DNA from: the human T2T-CHM13v2.0 reference genome, Homo sapiens
Length of the DNA: 64,000 nt
Direction: 5' to 3' (one strand)
NCBI RefSeq assembly: GCF_009914755.1
Contig: NC_060928.1
Shown: positions 52,157-64,000 of the stretch, piece by piece
How the letters are laid out: each line of letters opens with the position of its first letter
Position numbering within the stretch: the stretch's first letter is position 1
Notes under the pieces: generated by a model
The model's input: the letters and a program-made list of their open reading frames with translations, nothing else
Told to the model about the DNA's origin: nothing
Database searches by the model: none
Made by a program: the position numbers and the translations under genes

Positions 52157-55100
52157 TTTTTCATTCATACATCATAATTGTACATTTTTTATGGGATACA
52201 TGTGATATTTTGATACATGCATTCAAAGTATTGTGATAAAACCTGGGTATTTAGGATATCTATCATCTCAAACATTTATTATTTCTTTGTGTTTACAGCA
52301 TTCCAAATCTTCTCTTCCAGCTATTTTAAAATACACAAGAAATTATTGTTAACTTTTGTCACCCTACTGTGCTGTTGAACACTTTTCTAACTGTATTTTT
52401 GGACCCATTAAACAATTCTCTTTATTACTCCTCCTTCCTATTCTTTGCAACTGCTGGTAACCATCATTATACTCTCTACCTTCGTGAGATAATTTTTTTT
52501 TAATTCCCACATATGAATGAGAACATGCGATATTCATCTTTCAATGCCTGGCTTATTTCATTTACATAATGCCCACCAGTTCTATGTTGCTACAAATAAC
52601 AGCATTTCTGTCTTTTCTACGGCTGAATAATATTTCATTTTATATATATAAAAAAAAAATTTCTTTATTCATTCAACTGTTGATGAACACAAGCGGCTTC
52701 CACATCTTGGCTATTATAAATAGTGCTGTAATAAACATGGAAGTACAGATGTCTCTCTAATATACTGATTTCCTTTCTTTTGGATATATACCCAGCAGTT
52801 AGACTGTTGAATTTTATGGTGATTAATTTTTTTTAATTTTTGAGGAAGCTTCATGCTATTTTCCATTGTGGTGTACTAATTTACAATCCCACCAATGACA
52901 TATGAGCATTCTTTTTTCTCTTCATTCTTGCCAACATTTCTTATTTTCTGTTGTTTTGATAATAGCTATTCTAACTGGGGTTACATGATATGTCATTAAG
53001 GTTTTGATTTGCATGTCCCTAATGATTAGTAATGTTGAATATTGTTTAATATATCTTTTGTCCATTTGCATGTCTTCTTTTGTAAAATGTATTTTCAGGT
53101 AATTTGTGCATTTTAAAGTTTTTTTAAATTTTTATTTATTTATTTAATTTTTTGCTGTTGAGTTGTTTGAGTTCCTTGTATATTCTGGTTATGAAGCCTT
53201 TGTCAGATAGATAATTTGCAAACTTTTTGTCCCACTCTGTAGATTGTCTCTTCATCCTGTTGATTGCTTCCTTTGTTGTGTAGAAACTTTTTAGCTTGAA
53301 GTAATCCCATTTGCCTATTTTTGCTATTGTTGCTTATGCTTTTCAGGTGTTATAAAAAATATTTGCCCATACTAATGTTTTGAAATGTTTCCCCAAAGTT
53401 TCCCTCTAGTAGTTTCCCATTTGCAAGACTTACACTTAGGTCTTTAATCCATTTTCTATTTGGTTTTTGTATATAGCAAGAACTAGGAGTCTAGTTTCTT
53501 TTGCATATGCTAGCACTATTTATTGAAGAGACTGTTCTTTCCCCAATATATGTTCTGGGAACCTTTGTCACAAATGAGTTGGCAGTAAGTGTGTGTATTT
53601 ATTTCTGAATTAACTGTTCTGTTCCATTGGTCTGTATGTCTACTTTTATGCCAATAACATGCTGTTTTAGTTACTATAGCTTTGTAGTATACTTTGAAGT
53701 CTGATAAGCTGATGCCTCTAACTTTGTTCTTCCTCAGGATTGATTTGGCCATTTGATGACTTTTGTAATTCCATACAAATTTTAGAGTTACTTATTTTAT
53801 TTATGTGAAAAATGCCATTGGCATTTTAATAGGGTCTTCACTCAATCTGTAAATCACTTTGGGTTGTGTGGACATTTCAACAATATTAATTCTTTCACTC
53901 CATGAGCATAAGATATTTTTCTATTTTTTAATTTCCCTTTTAATTTCTTTCATCAGTGCTTAATAGTTTTTCTTGCACAGATCTTTCACTTCTTTTATTA
54001 ATTTTTTTCTTAGGTATTTTATTATTTTCAATAGCTATTGTAAACGAGATTGCTTTCTTGATTTATTTTTCAGATTCTTTACTGTTGGTGTATAGAAATG
54101 TGATTGATGTTTGTATTTCTTTACTATCTGCAACTTTACTAAATTCGTTTATCAGTCTTTAGGTTTTTCTAAATGTAGGATCATGTTGCCTGTGAACAAG
54201 GCTAATATGACTTCTTTCTTTCCAATTTTGATGTTCTTTTTCTTCCCCCTAGCCCAACTGCTCTGGCTAGAACATCCAATACTATGTTGAATAAAAGTAG
54301 TGAAAGTGGGCATCCTTGTCTTCTTTCAGATCCCAGCAGAAAGGCTTTCAATTTTTCCCTGTCTAGTATGATGTTAGCTGTGGGTTTGTCATATGTGGTT
54401 TTATTGTTTTAAGGTATGTTCCTACTATACTTAGTATACTGGGAGTTTTTATCATAAATAGATATTGAATTTTATTAAATGTACATGATTGTGTTCATGT
54501 TATCCATCACATTTATTGGTTTTGGGTATGTTGAACTATTCTTCCATCATTGGAATGAATCCCACTTTATCCTGATGAATAAACTTTTAATGTATTGGTG
54601 CATTCTGTTTGTTAATATTTTATTGATAATTTTTGCTTTTATGTTCATCAGTGATATTGGGTTGTTTTTCTGTTGTGTTCTTGTCTGGTTTTGGTATCAT
54701 GGCAAATCTGGCCTCATAGAATGAGTTTAGAAATATTCTCTCCCCTGAAATTTTCTGAAATAGTTTCAGTATAATTAACACCAGATATTCTCTAAATATT
54801 TGGTAGAGTTTAGCAGTCACCTCTGGTCTTTTTATATAAGACTTTTTATTACTGCTTCAATGTTGTTACTCTTTATTAGTCCGCTCAGATTTTCTGTTTC
54901 CTCATGATTCAATCTTGATAGGTCATATGTGTTCAGGAATTTATTTTTTCTAGGCTTTCAAATTTGTTGGCATATAGTCGTTCATAATAGACTCTAATAG
55001 TCCTTTGCATTTCTATAGTATCAGTTGTAATGTCTCTTTTTTCTTATTTAGTTCCAGCTAAAGGTTTGTTTATTTTGTTTATTTTTTTTCAAATACCAAC

Positions 55101-56290
55101 TTTTTGATTTGATGGGTTTTTTTTTTTTATTTTTTAGCCTCAATTTTATTTATTTCTTCTATAATATTTGTTTCTTTCAGTCTTATTCATTTTGAGTTTA
55201 GTTGGTTTTTGCTGTTCTGGTTCCTTTGGGTGTATCATTAGGTTGTTTATGTGAAGTCTTTCTACTTTTTTGATGTGCGTATTTATTTCTATAAACTTTC
55301 CTTTTAGAACTGCTTTTGCTGTATCCTATATGTTTGGATACGCTGTGTTTCGATTTTTATTTTTCTCAACAAGTTTCTAATTTCTTCATTGACCTAATTA
55401 TTGTTCAGTAACATATTATTTAATTTAATTTCTATGGATTTGTACCGTTTCCAATGTTCCTTCTGTTACTGGTTTCCAGTTTTATTTTGTTGTGGTCAGA
55501 AAAGATGTTTGATATTATTTTAATTTAAAAAAATTGTTAAGACTTATCTTGTGACCTAACATATGGTTTATTCTGGAAAATGTCCTATGTGCTATTGAGA
55601 AAAACATGTATTCTGTAGTTGTTGGATGGAATATTTATAAAAGTCTATTAGGTCCATTTGATCTACAGAGAAGTTTAACTCCAATGTTTCTTCATTGATT
55701 TGCTGTCTGAATTATCTGTCTATGACTGACAGTGGGATGTTGAGTTTTATACTCTTGCTATATTGACCCCTTTATTATTCTATTATGCCCTTCTTTTACT
55801 TTTAACTGTTCTTCACTTAAAGTCTATTTTGTCTGATATAAATATAGCTGGTTCTACTCTTTTTTCCCTCCTTTCATATTCAGTCTGTGCATGTCTTTAG
55901 AGGTGAAGTGAGTACTTTAGGCAGCGTATAGATGGGTCTTGTCTTTTTATCTATTCAATCACTCTATGTCTTTTAATAGGATAATTTAATTCATTTACAT
56001 TCAAGGTTATTATGGGTAGATTAAGTGTTACTACTGCCATTTTCCTCCCTGTTTTCTGGTTGCTTTATAATTCTTTCTTTCTTCCTTTCTTATTGTCTTC
56101 CTTTGTGATTAAGTGATTTTTTTTCTAGTGGTACTTTTTGATTCTGTGCTATTTATTTTAGGTCTATCTATTGTAGGTTTCTGTTTTGTGGTTACCATGA
56201 AGTTTACAAAAAAAACCTTACAGTTATAACACATTATATTAAACTGATAACTTCTTAACTTTTATGGCAAAGAAAAGAAAAGTTACATAA
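52157..56290 (-). mobile_element. L1MA-type LINE (antisense), 3' UTR plus ORF2
   Basis: 3' end AATTGTACATTTTTTATGGGATACATGTGATATTTTGATACATGC. ORF2 remnants at 53516-53752 ([30 protein letters not shown]) and 54620-54820 (FLNSFYEARFAMIPKPDK). Confidence 0.88.
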
Positions 56291-56299
56291 AGTCTACCT

Positions 56300-57720
56300 T
56301 AATTTTCTGTAGTCTGAATATTGTTTGTCTAGGTATAGTTATTTGTTTGTGTGTTTGTGTTTTAATTGTAGTTGTTTCTTAGCTTTCTGTATCTGTGATT
56401 TGGTCTGTTATTACCTTTGAATTGTTCTCTGACATTGTTACTTCAAATATTTCTTCCTTTTCATTTCCTCTTTCTTATTTTTCTGGCATCCTAACTAGGT
56501 GCATGTTATGTCTTTTGGAAATTTTTTACAGGTCTTGGATGATCTCTTCTGCATTTTTTTACCTCTGCGTTTTAAAATGAGAAGTTTTTATTGATTTATC
56601 TTAAGCTCGGTGATGCTTTCCTCAGCAGTGTCACATGTACTTGTGAGTCCATCCAGTCATTCTTCACTATTATTATAATGTTTTTCATTTCCAATATTTA
56701 TTTGTGATTCTTTTTTAGAACTTTCATCTCTCTTCTTATATTACCTATCTGTTCTTACATGTTGTCTACTTTAATCACTAGAGTCCTTAACATATCATCA
56801 CAGTTATTGCAAATTCCCTACTTGGTAATTTCAACATTGGTGTCATATCTGAGTCTGGTTCTGATGCTTGCTTTGCATCTTCATACTTTTTTGCCCTTGA
56901 TTTTCTGTATTTATTGTAATTTTTTGTTGAAAGTTGAACATGTGGTATTGGATAAGAGTAACCGAAAAAAAATCCTCCACTGTGAGAAATTGCATGTATT
57001 TGAATAGGAGCCTGAATTTTTTTAATGATTACCATAGCTACAGATGCCTGATACTTCAAATCCCTACAGTGTCCTTGTTTAATCTCCCCTCTTGACTTTG
57101 GGTTTCTCTATGGACATCTTCTCAGACAGAGTATACATCTTGCAGGTCCTTTGCCTACAATCCAATATCATTACAGTGAAACTCTATTGGTGTTGTGGTA
57201 GAGTATGGAATGAAGGAGGAACATTCTATAATCTTATGATTAAGTCTCATTTAGTGAGTTTGTGTCTTTGGCCTCTGAACTTTGCAGCTGTTCTTCTTAT
57301 GTTGTTTTGCTTCCCTCCCAGTTAGGTAAGACAAGAAGCCTGTAGAGGCCTGGAGTGGGAAAAATGCTTTTTATGCAGCTGTGTAAGGCTCTGGTAAAGA
57401 ACTGGAGAGGAGGCTTTTGTTAATGGAGAAGGCTCTGGGCATATTCCAGAAGAATCGCTCCCCCCACACCCACCCACTTGTCAAAGCCATGAGAAGATCT
57501 TTCTTAGATCCTCACAAGAAGTAACTGGTGGGGCTCCTGGAAGTAAAACCCATGCTAGTTGGTAGTTGAGCATGAGATTATTCGTTCTCATGCTAGATCA
57601 CACTCAACCACCAGCAGTTAACCAAATTACTAGGTAAGTGTTCCTACTAGAATGGCTGTAGCAGCTACTACCTTCAGGCAGCAGACCTTGCATGTAACTA
57701 TCTGGATTTTCCTTTCCAGG
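56300..57720 (-). mobile_element. Old L1M ORF1/5' region fragment
   Basis: T-rich reverse L1 motifs TTACTTCAAATATTTCTTC and GTCATATCTGAGTCTGGTTCTGATGCTTGCTTTG. Boundaries are approximate. Confidence 0.6.
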
Positions 57721-59389
57721 TTTACTGGGAATGTACATATGTGCTTTTTGAGTGTTATTTTCTGAGTGTTATGATTAACTTCCCTTTTTGAGTTAGTGAC
57801 AAGAACATATTCTTTGATAGTTTATTTTTTCCTTTGTAATGACAAACACATAAGGAAAACCTGATGCTTAACTAGGGATTATCTGAAATAAGTGCACTTT
57901 GCTTTGAGTAACACTAATTAATTAATGTTTTATACTAATGTTAAACATTAAATATGTTTTTATACGAATCATGTAATTAAGATTAAAATCCCAATGAGTA
58001 TATTAAACAATTATGTTGGAAAAATTTGAACTTCTTTCTCTAGGATAGCAGAGTGCAGTAATTTTAATAAATCATATGCTTGTGTGTTTATATGCTCATG
58101 TATACACAGCCCTACATAGTACAAATGTAAATTTGTCTTCAAACTAAAATCTCTATTTACCACACTTTAGGGAAATATTTTTATCAAATTTAATTATTTA
58201 ATTTTTTAGATCTTTACTCTGGAAAAGACATATAAAAGAAACACTGAGAAGTAGCCTCATGTTCTTTTTAGTAACTACCTGATTAATTTTATAAATTTAT
58301 GAAAATTAGCATTAGTACACATTTTAGTAACAGGAAATAAGTATACTATTTGACTCAAATAGGATTTGCAGGTAAAAATACAGACTTATTAATGAAAACC
58401 TGTTCTTATCTAATTTTAAGTAATCTGTTGGTTGGATAAATTTGATTTTCAGAAACCTTGACCTTGTTGATAATGGGTAGTGAGCAGATTTTAGATCATG
58501 TAGTTAGTTTTGCATGTATTACACACCCATCTGCTTCTCCATCTGGCAGCAGACACAGAAGTGTTATGTACATTCTTCTCACCAACACCCCAATTGTTAG
58601 CTTCCTGCTGATAGCCCCAGTATAAGCTTCATTGGGTAATTATTTCAGGCAGAAAACAACCAACCCACATGTTCAAGAATAATTACTAGTTCAATTAACT
58701 AACCAAAAACAGGTGATATTTTAGTGTCCAGGAGTAGAAACAATTTCAATTTCTGCAGCACTTCAATAAAAATATTTAGATAGCAGATGTGCTTTTTAGT
58801 ACCTTGAGAGTATGAAAAAATAACAATAAACATGACGTATATACCAACATAAGTTGACAGTAAATTATGAATCATTTTTTAAAACTTATTATTCCACATT
58901 AGCCATTTAACTTTAAAATAATATAAACACACAAAAAATCTACCAACATGATATGCTATCCAACACATTTTTAAAGTCTGTATTTGAAAACCTTTTTGTA
59001 GCACTGACAGACATGATCAATATCAATGTTGTATATAATCATATTTGTATATGATTGTATTATAAAATTGTATGCTATTTACTTTATTGTCTGAATTTCA
59101 ATATAAGATATCTATAAACATCATGCATATTTATTAGCATATTTTAATACGATTTTAAAAGACACGCTCTAATATACATACATGAGTATTCATTTATAAT
59201 ATATTTTATACACCAGCATTATTCTCAGTTTTAATTGAAAATATACATTTTTGAATATAATACTGATAGTGTTGCTAATTTTTTCATTTAAAAACTGTAT
59301 GATCTTTTTAACCTGTATAATCTTTTCAGGAACTCAAATAATAGGTCTAATATAATTTGTTTTAAATGTAAGATTTAATTGAAAATTTA

Positions 59390-59660
<271 letters not shown>

Positions 59661-59699
59661 GTTGAGTCATATTTATGTCTCCAGGAAATATAGTCAAAT

Positions 59700-59726
59700 A
59701 CACACACAGACACACATAGACACAGA

Positions 59727-59758
<32 letters not shown>
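59700..59758. repeat. (CA)n microsatellite, interrupted
   Basis: Directly visible. Confidence 0.9.
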
Positions 59759-60490
59759 GAGGCAACTAATGAATATGCACATCTTCAATTGTCCCTATTG
59801 GTAACTATATAAAAATATTTAATATAATTAATTTTACTTAATTTATCTTATATTGTGAAACCATAATACACAAAGAAACTGGTCACTGCTGTGATATTGA
59901 AGTAAGGTTTTATCATAGCATCAATATAGGAAGAGGTGAAGACCAATAAAGTCCATAGTTAACAATGTATCGGACCAGTATATTGAATTTTACATTCTCT
60001 TCAATATGTGCTCCTAACAAATTAAGAAAAAAGTTATAAGTAAAATTAGAAAACCACTTAGCCCCAACAAATTATTGCAGTAATTTTATCATAATTTTTA
60101 TTTGATGAATGTAATCTATACTTATTATAGAAAATATAGAAAACACCTCAAAATATATAGAGAAAATATCACTATCTCAAAATATAATCTATCTTCTATC
60201 TTTTATATTATTATCAGTTCTTTGTTTTAATATTTTAACCTAATCTCATTTCATTTAACTTTACTTTTGAATATTTTGGCATGCTAATGAATCTCATTTA
60301 TAACAAGATTTTCAAGAAATATTTATAAACCCATAAATGTAATTATTTCATTTTATCCCATAATTATTTTTGAATGTCTTTGTTTTAAATATTTAAATTC
60401 AATCTAAAATCTTACTGATATATATAATACTAAATATATGCATAGTTTAAAGCTTTCTGAATATCTCTAATCATTCCTTTGTAGCAATAA

Positions 60491-62135
60491 GTGTAATTTT
60501 ATCAGTTCAAATAGCTTCCAATATTTTGTATCACTTTTGTTACGTTCTGCCCAACATCCTTCTAGAAATACTATGACAACCAACAAAATCTCCAGCACTC
60601 TATCAATATGACCTTTTCATCAAATATTCTGCAAGTATATATCATGTTATATTTTTGATCAATTTAATTTTTTTGTTTCTAAAAATAAGGAAGTAGAACT
60701 AGATAAATAAATTAATGGCTTATTATGGGATATGCAATTTAAAACCAATAAAATTCCTGAAGTAGGAATGGAGAAAGAGGCAATCTCTAGCACTATTCCA
60801 TCCAAGTGGTTTTGCATCCACCACACAGGAATAATAGAGAATCTATAATATGGACTGAAAGGAAGATGCTACTTCTCCTATAGAAGAAAGATAATTTGTA
60901 TAATCTCATTAGTAACTGGAAGTTGAAATAAATTTCCCTGCCTAGCAGTAGGTCTGAAAAGAGGATTTGTTGACTGCACAACTAGACAAAGTATATAACC
61001 AAATTTAATCTTCAATACATCTGCTGGTTTTCACATGATAACTGATGTTGCCGTTTATAATTCAAAAATAAAATGGGAAAATGGGACCTCACATGCCATA
61101 AATGAAACAGCACATAATTTTTGAGACTCAAGTAAATCATATTATTGAAAATAACTTACTGCAGAAATCAGAAGAAAGTTTAGAAAAGGTTCACATTTCC
61201 AATAATAGAAGATCTCCGTAAAACTGGAGCTTGTGGCCAGGCAGTGTGGCTCATGTCTGTAATCCCAGCACTTTGGAAGGCCGAGGTGGGTGGATCAGCT
61301 GAGGTTAGGAGTTTGAGGCCAGCCTGGCCAACATGGTGAAACCCCATCTCTACTAAAAATACGAAAATTAGCTGGGCGTTGTGGCGAATGACTGTAATCC
61401 CAGCTACTTGGAAGGTTGAGGCAGGAGAATTGTTTGAACTCAGGAGGCAGAGGTTGCAGTGAGCCAAGATCACACCAATGCCCTCCAGCCTGGATGACAA
61501 GAGCAAAACTCCATCTCAAAACAAACAAAGAAACAAAAACAAAAAACAAACAAACAAAAAAACTGGAGCTTGTGATTTTAAGATATGCAACTGAAATGGA
61601 GATCATTACAAGCCGACGAAATAAATTGTCACATGCTGTCAGTTTTCAGTATTCGGGTATCTAAAACAAAAGAGGTTTAAATTATGCTTGGAGAATACAG
61701 CAGTCCAAAAGTAGGAAATCATGTTTGTATAATAGAAGATACTATGGTATTCTCAGAATATGGATAATTAATAAACACAGAGATAAAACAATAAATGATT
61801 GCAATTATTAAGATTGAGGAAGGGAGTAGAAAGTAAACATGGAGATAATTGGTTTCTGTGAAATAGACCCTCAAATAGATGAAACAGATGGGCGTTGACA
61901 CAGACAATGAGAAATAAAATGTCATAACATTCATCTGAACTAAATAACAATTCTTGTATAGTGCTTGAGTTTACCAAATTTTTTTGGCGTGCAATTTCAT
62001 CGGCTCAAATAGCCTCTAACATTCTGTATCGCTTTTGTTCAAACATTCTGCCAAACATCTTTCCAGAAATACTGTGACAACCAAAAAATTATCCAGCACT
62101 ATCAACATGCCCTTTTCATCAAATATTCTAAGTAT
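60491..62135. repeat. Dispersed ~145-bp direct repeat (60491-60638 and 61989-62135)
   Basis: Both copies read ...TCAAATAGC(T/C)TC(C/T)AA(T/C)ATT(T/C)TGTATC(A/G)CTTTTGTT...AGAAATACT(A/G)TGACAACCAA...TCCAGCACT...CCTTTTCATCAAATATTCT. Confidence 0.88.
61235..61558 (+). mobile_element. AluS SINE
   Basis: Full dimer with an (AAAC)n tail. Perfect TSD AAAACTGGAGCTTGT at 61220-61234 and 61559-61573. Confidence 0.96.
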
Positions 62136-62226
62136 TTATTTATTCTAACATTTTCATCTAATATTCTAAGTAATATTGAAATATTTTAAGTAAATAAAAC
62201 TAGAAATCCTCACAAAAAATAGTTTA

Positions 62227-62534
62227 AGCGATGCATGGTGGCTCACACCTGTAAACTCAGCAATTTTGGAGGCTGAGGTGAGCAGACTGCTTGAGCCCAG
62301 GAGTTCGAGACCAGCCTGGGCAATATGGTGAAACCCTGTCTATACAAAAAATACAAAAATTAGTGAAATATGGTGCTGCATGCCTGCAATTCTAACTACT
62401 CAGGAGGCTGAGGTAGTAGGCTCACTTGAGCTTGGGAGGTGGAGGTTGTAGTGAGCCGAGATTGTGCTGCTGCATTCCAGCCTCAATGACTGAGTGACAC
62501 ATTGTCTCTAAAAGAATAAATAAACAAAAATAAA
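62227..62534 (+). mobile_element. AluJ SINE
   Basis: J-diagnostic TGCTTGAGCCCAGGAGTTCGAGACCAGCCTGGGCAA. Highly diverged. Confidence 0.9.
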
Positions 62535-63221
62535 GTTTTAAAAATTATTAAAAATTATGTTGTTATTTAATATGTTTACTGAAATACTAAATACTACAAT
62601 ACTAAAGCTTTACATGGATAAGACTGTTCAAATATAAGTTTTGAATTATAAAATTTTATACCCAGCAAAATTAACTTTTTTTGTGAAGACAAATGGAAGA
62701 TATGAGATCTAAAGTATTTCAAGTATTCCTACTATTGAATGAAGGCTTCCTAAGCATTTTGAAATCTTTATCAAAGAAATTCTTGGAAATATTAAAACCA
62801 ATTGATGATTATGCTTAAATTATATGTAAAATTTAATGTATGAGAATTATTAGAAAATATAATATAATACAACATAATACATTTTAAAATTTCTTAATAA
62901 TTTATTGACAAAGACTGAGAATTGAGTAGAGAAAGTGGATAGAGAAAAGAAAAATATTTTCATATTCCCTTGTCTCAAGTGGTTGGTTTTAGGGTGATAT
63001 GGATTAAAAATACAGCATTCTACTGAATTATAAAAATTAATAACCCCATAAAAATGGAAGAAATGGAAAATAGATATGATAATAATATTAGTAATAATAT
63101 AAAGATGACAAAAGCAAAACTACATGTCCTATAGCAATAATCATGAATGGGCTATACATCCTAAATTTAAAAGAGTTACAAGCAATTTTAAATACTATAG
63201 GGTTGTAATAAAACATTAAAA

Positions 63222-63517
<296 letters not shown>

Positions 63518-64000
63518 TTATAAAAGAATAACTAAGTATACATCATTAATACATAAAGGAAGTAGGTTTATCATATTAATATAAAAGTGTGAGGTGCTAT
63601 GATACAAAATAATAGTAAATATTTAAAGCTTTTTTTAGTAATAATGTATTGCAAAACACAAGTGTCATGAAATCACTTTGCAGTTATGCATGCTTTTTTG
63701 AAGAACCTAAATAACAACTTCACAGATTGGCCAGCATCAAAGCATATAACCAGTATGTCATCTTGGAGTTTGATTTGTTGCCTCAATGACATCAGAAATA
63801 ACTTTGTAGTTTTGATAAGTTTTTTTTTCTATTTCTGACATTTATTGCATCAACAAAGCACCCAAATTTAAGACCCAGAACACTAAGTGAGTTTTGTTGT
63901 TGTTGTTGTTATTTTTTTTTTCCTCTCTGTAAAATTCAGCTACTCCTGGGACATGATATAAATACTCTCATTGGAAGGTACACGTCCCAATTTTTGCAGG

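Overview
This is AT-rich primate (human-like) non-coding DNA made mostly of retrotransposon and DNA-transposon fossils: about 18 Alu copies or fragments, several L1 and L2 fragments, MIRs, five LTR families, a Tigger4 element and a Buster/Charlie hAT transposase fossil. No multi-exon host protein-coding gene, structural RNA gene or CRISPR-like system can be supported. Most ORF-track entries are Alu/L1-derived or chance frames. The main feature is a 4,095-bp internally deleted HERV-H provirus on the minus strand (42095-46189, GTATG target-site duplication). It has two LTR7up-like LTRs, a tRNA-His primer-binding site, intact-looking splice signals and an open, AUG-less 222-codon frame closely resembling ESRG. 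It is one of three ERV1-class LTR insertions within about 290 bp of one old L1. Other points of interest are a nested inverted-duplication rearrangement in an L1 3' end, an MLT2A1 solo LTR that keeps its splice donor but has lost its poly(A) signal, and several local duplications. Subfamily names and similarity statements come from recalled consensus sequences, not from a search, and boundaries of old repeats are approximate.
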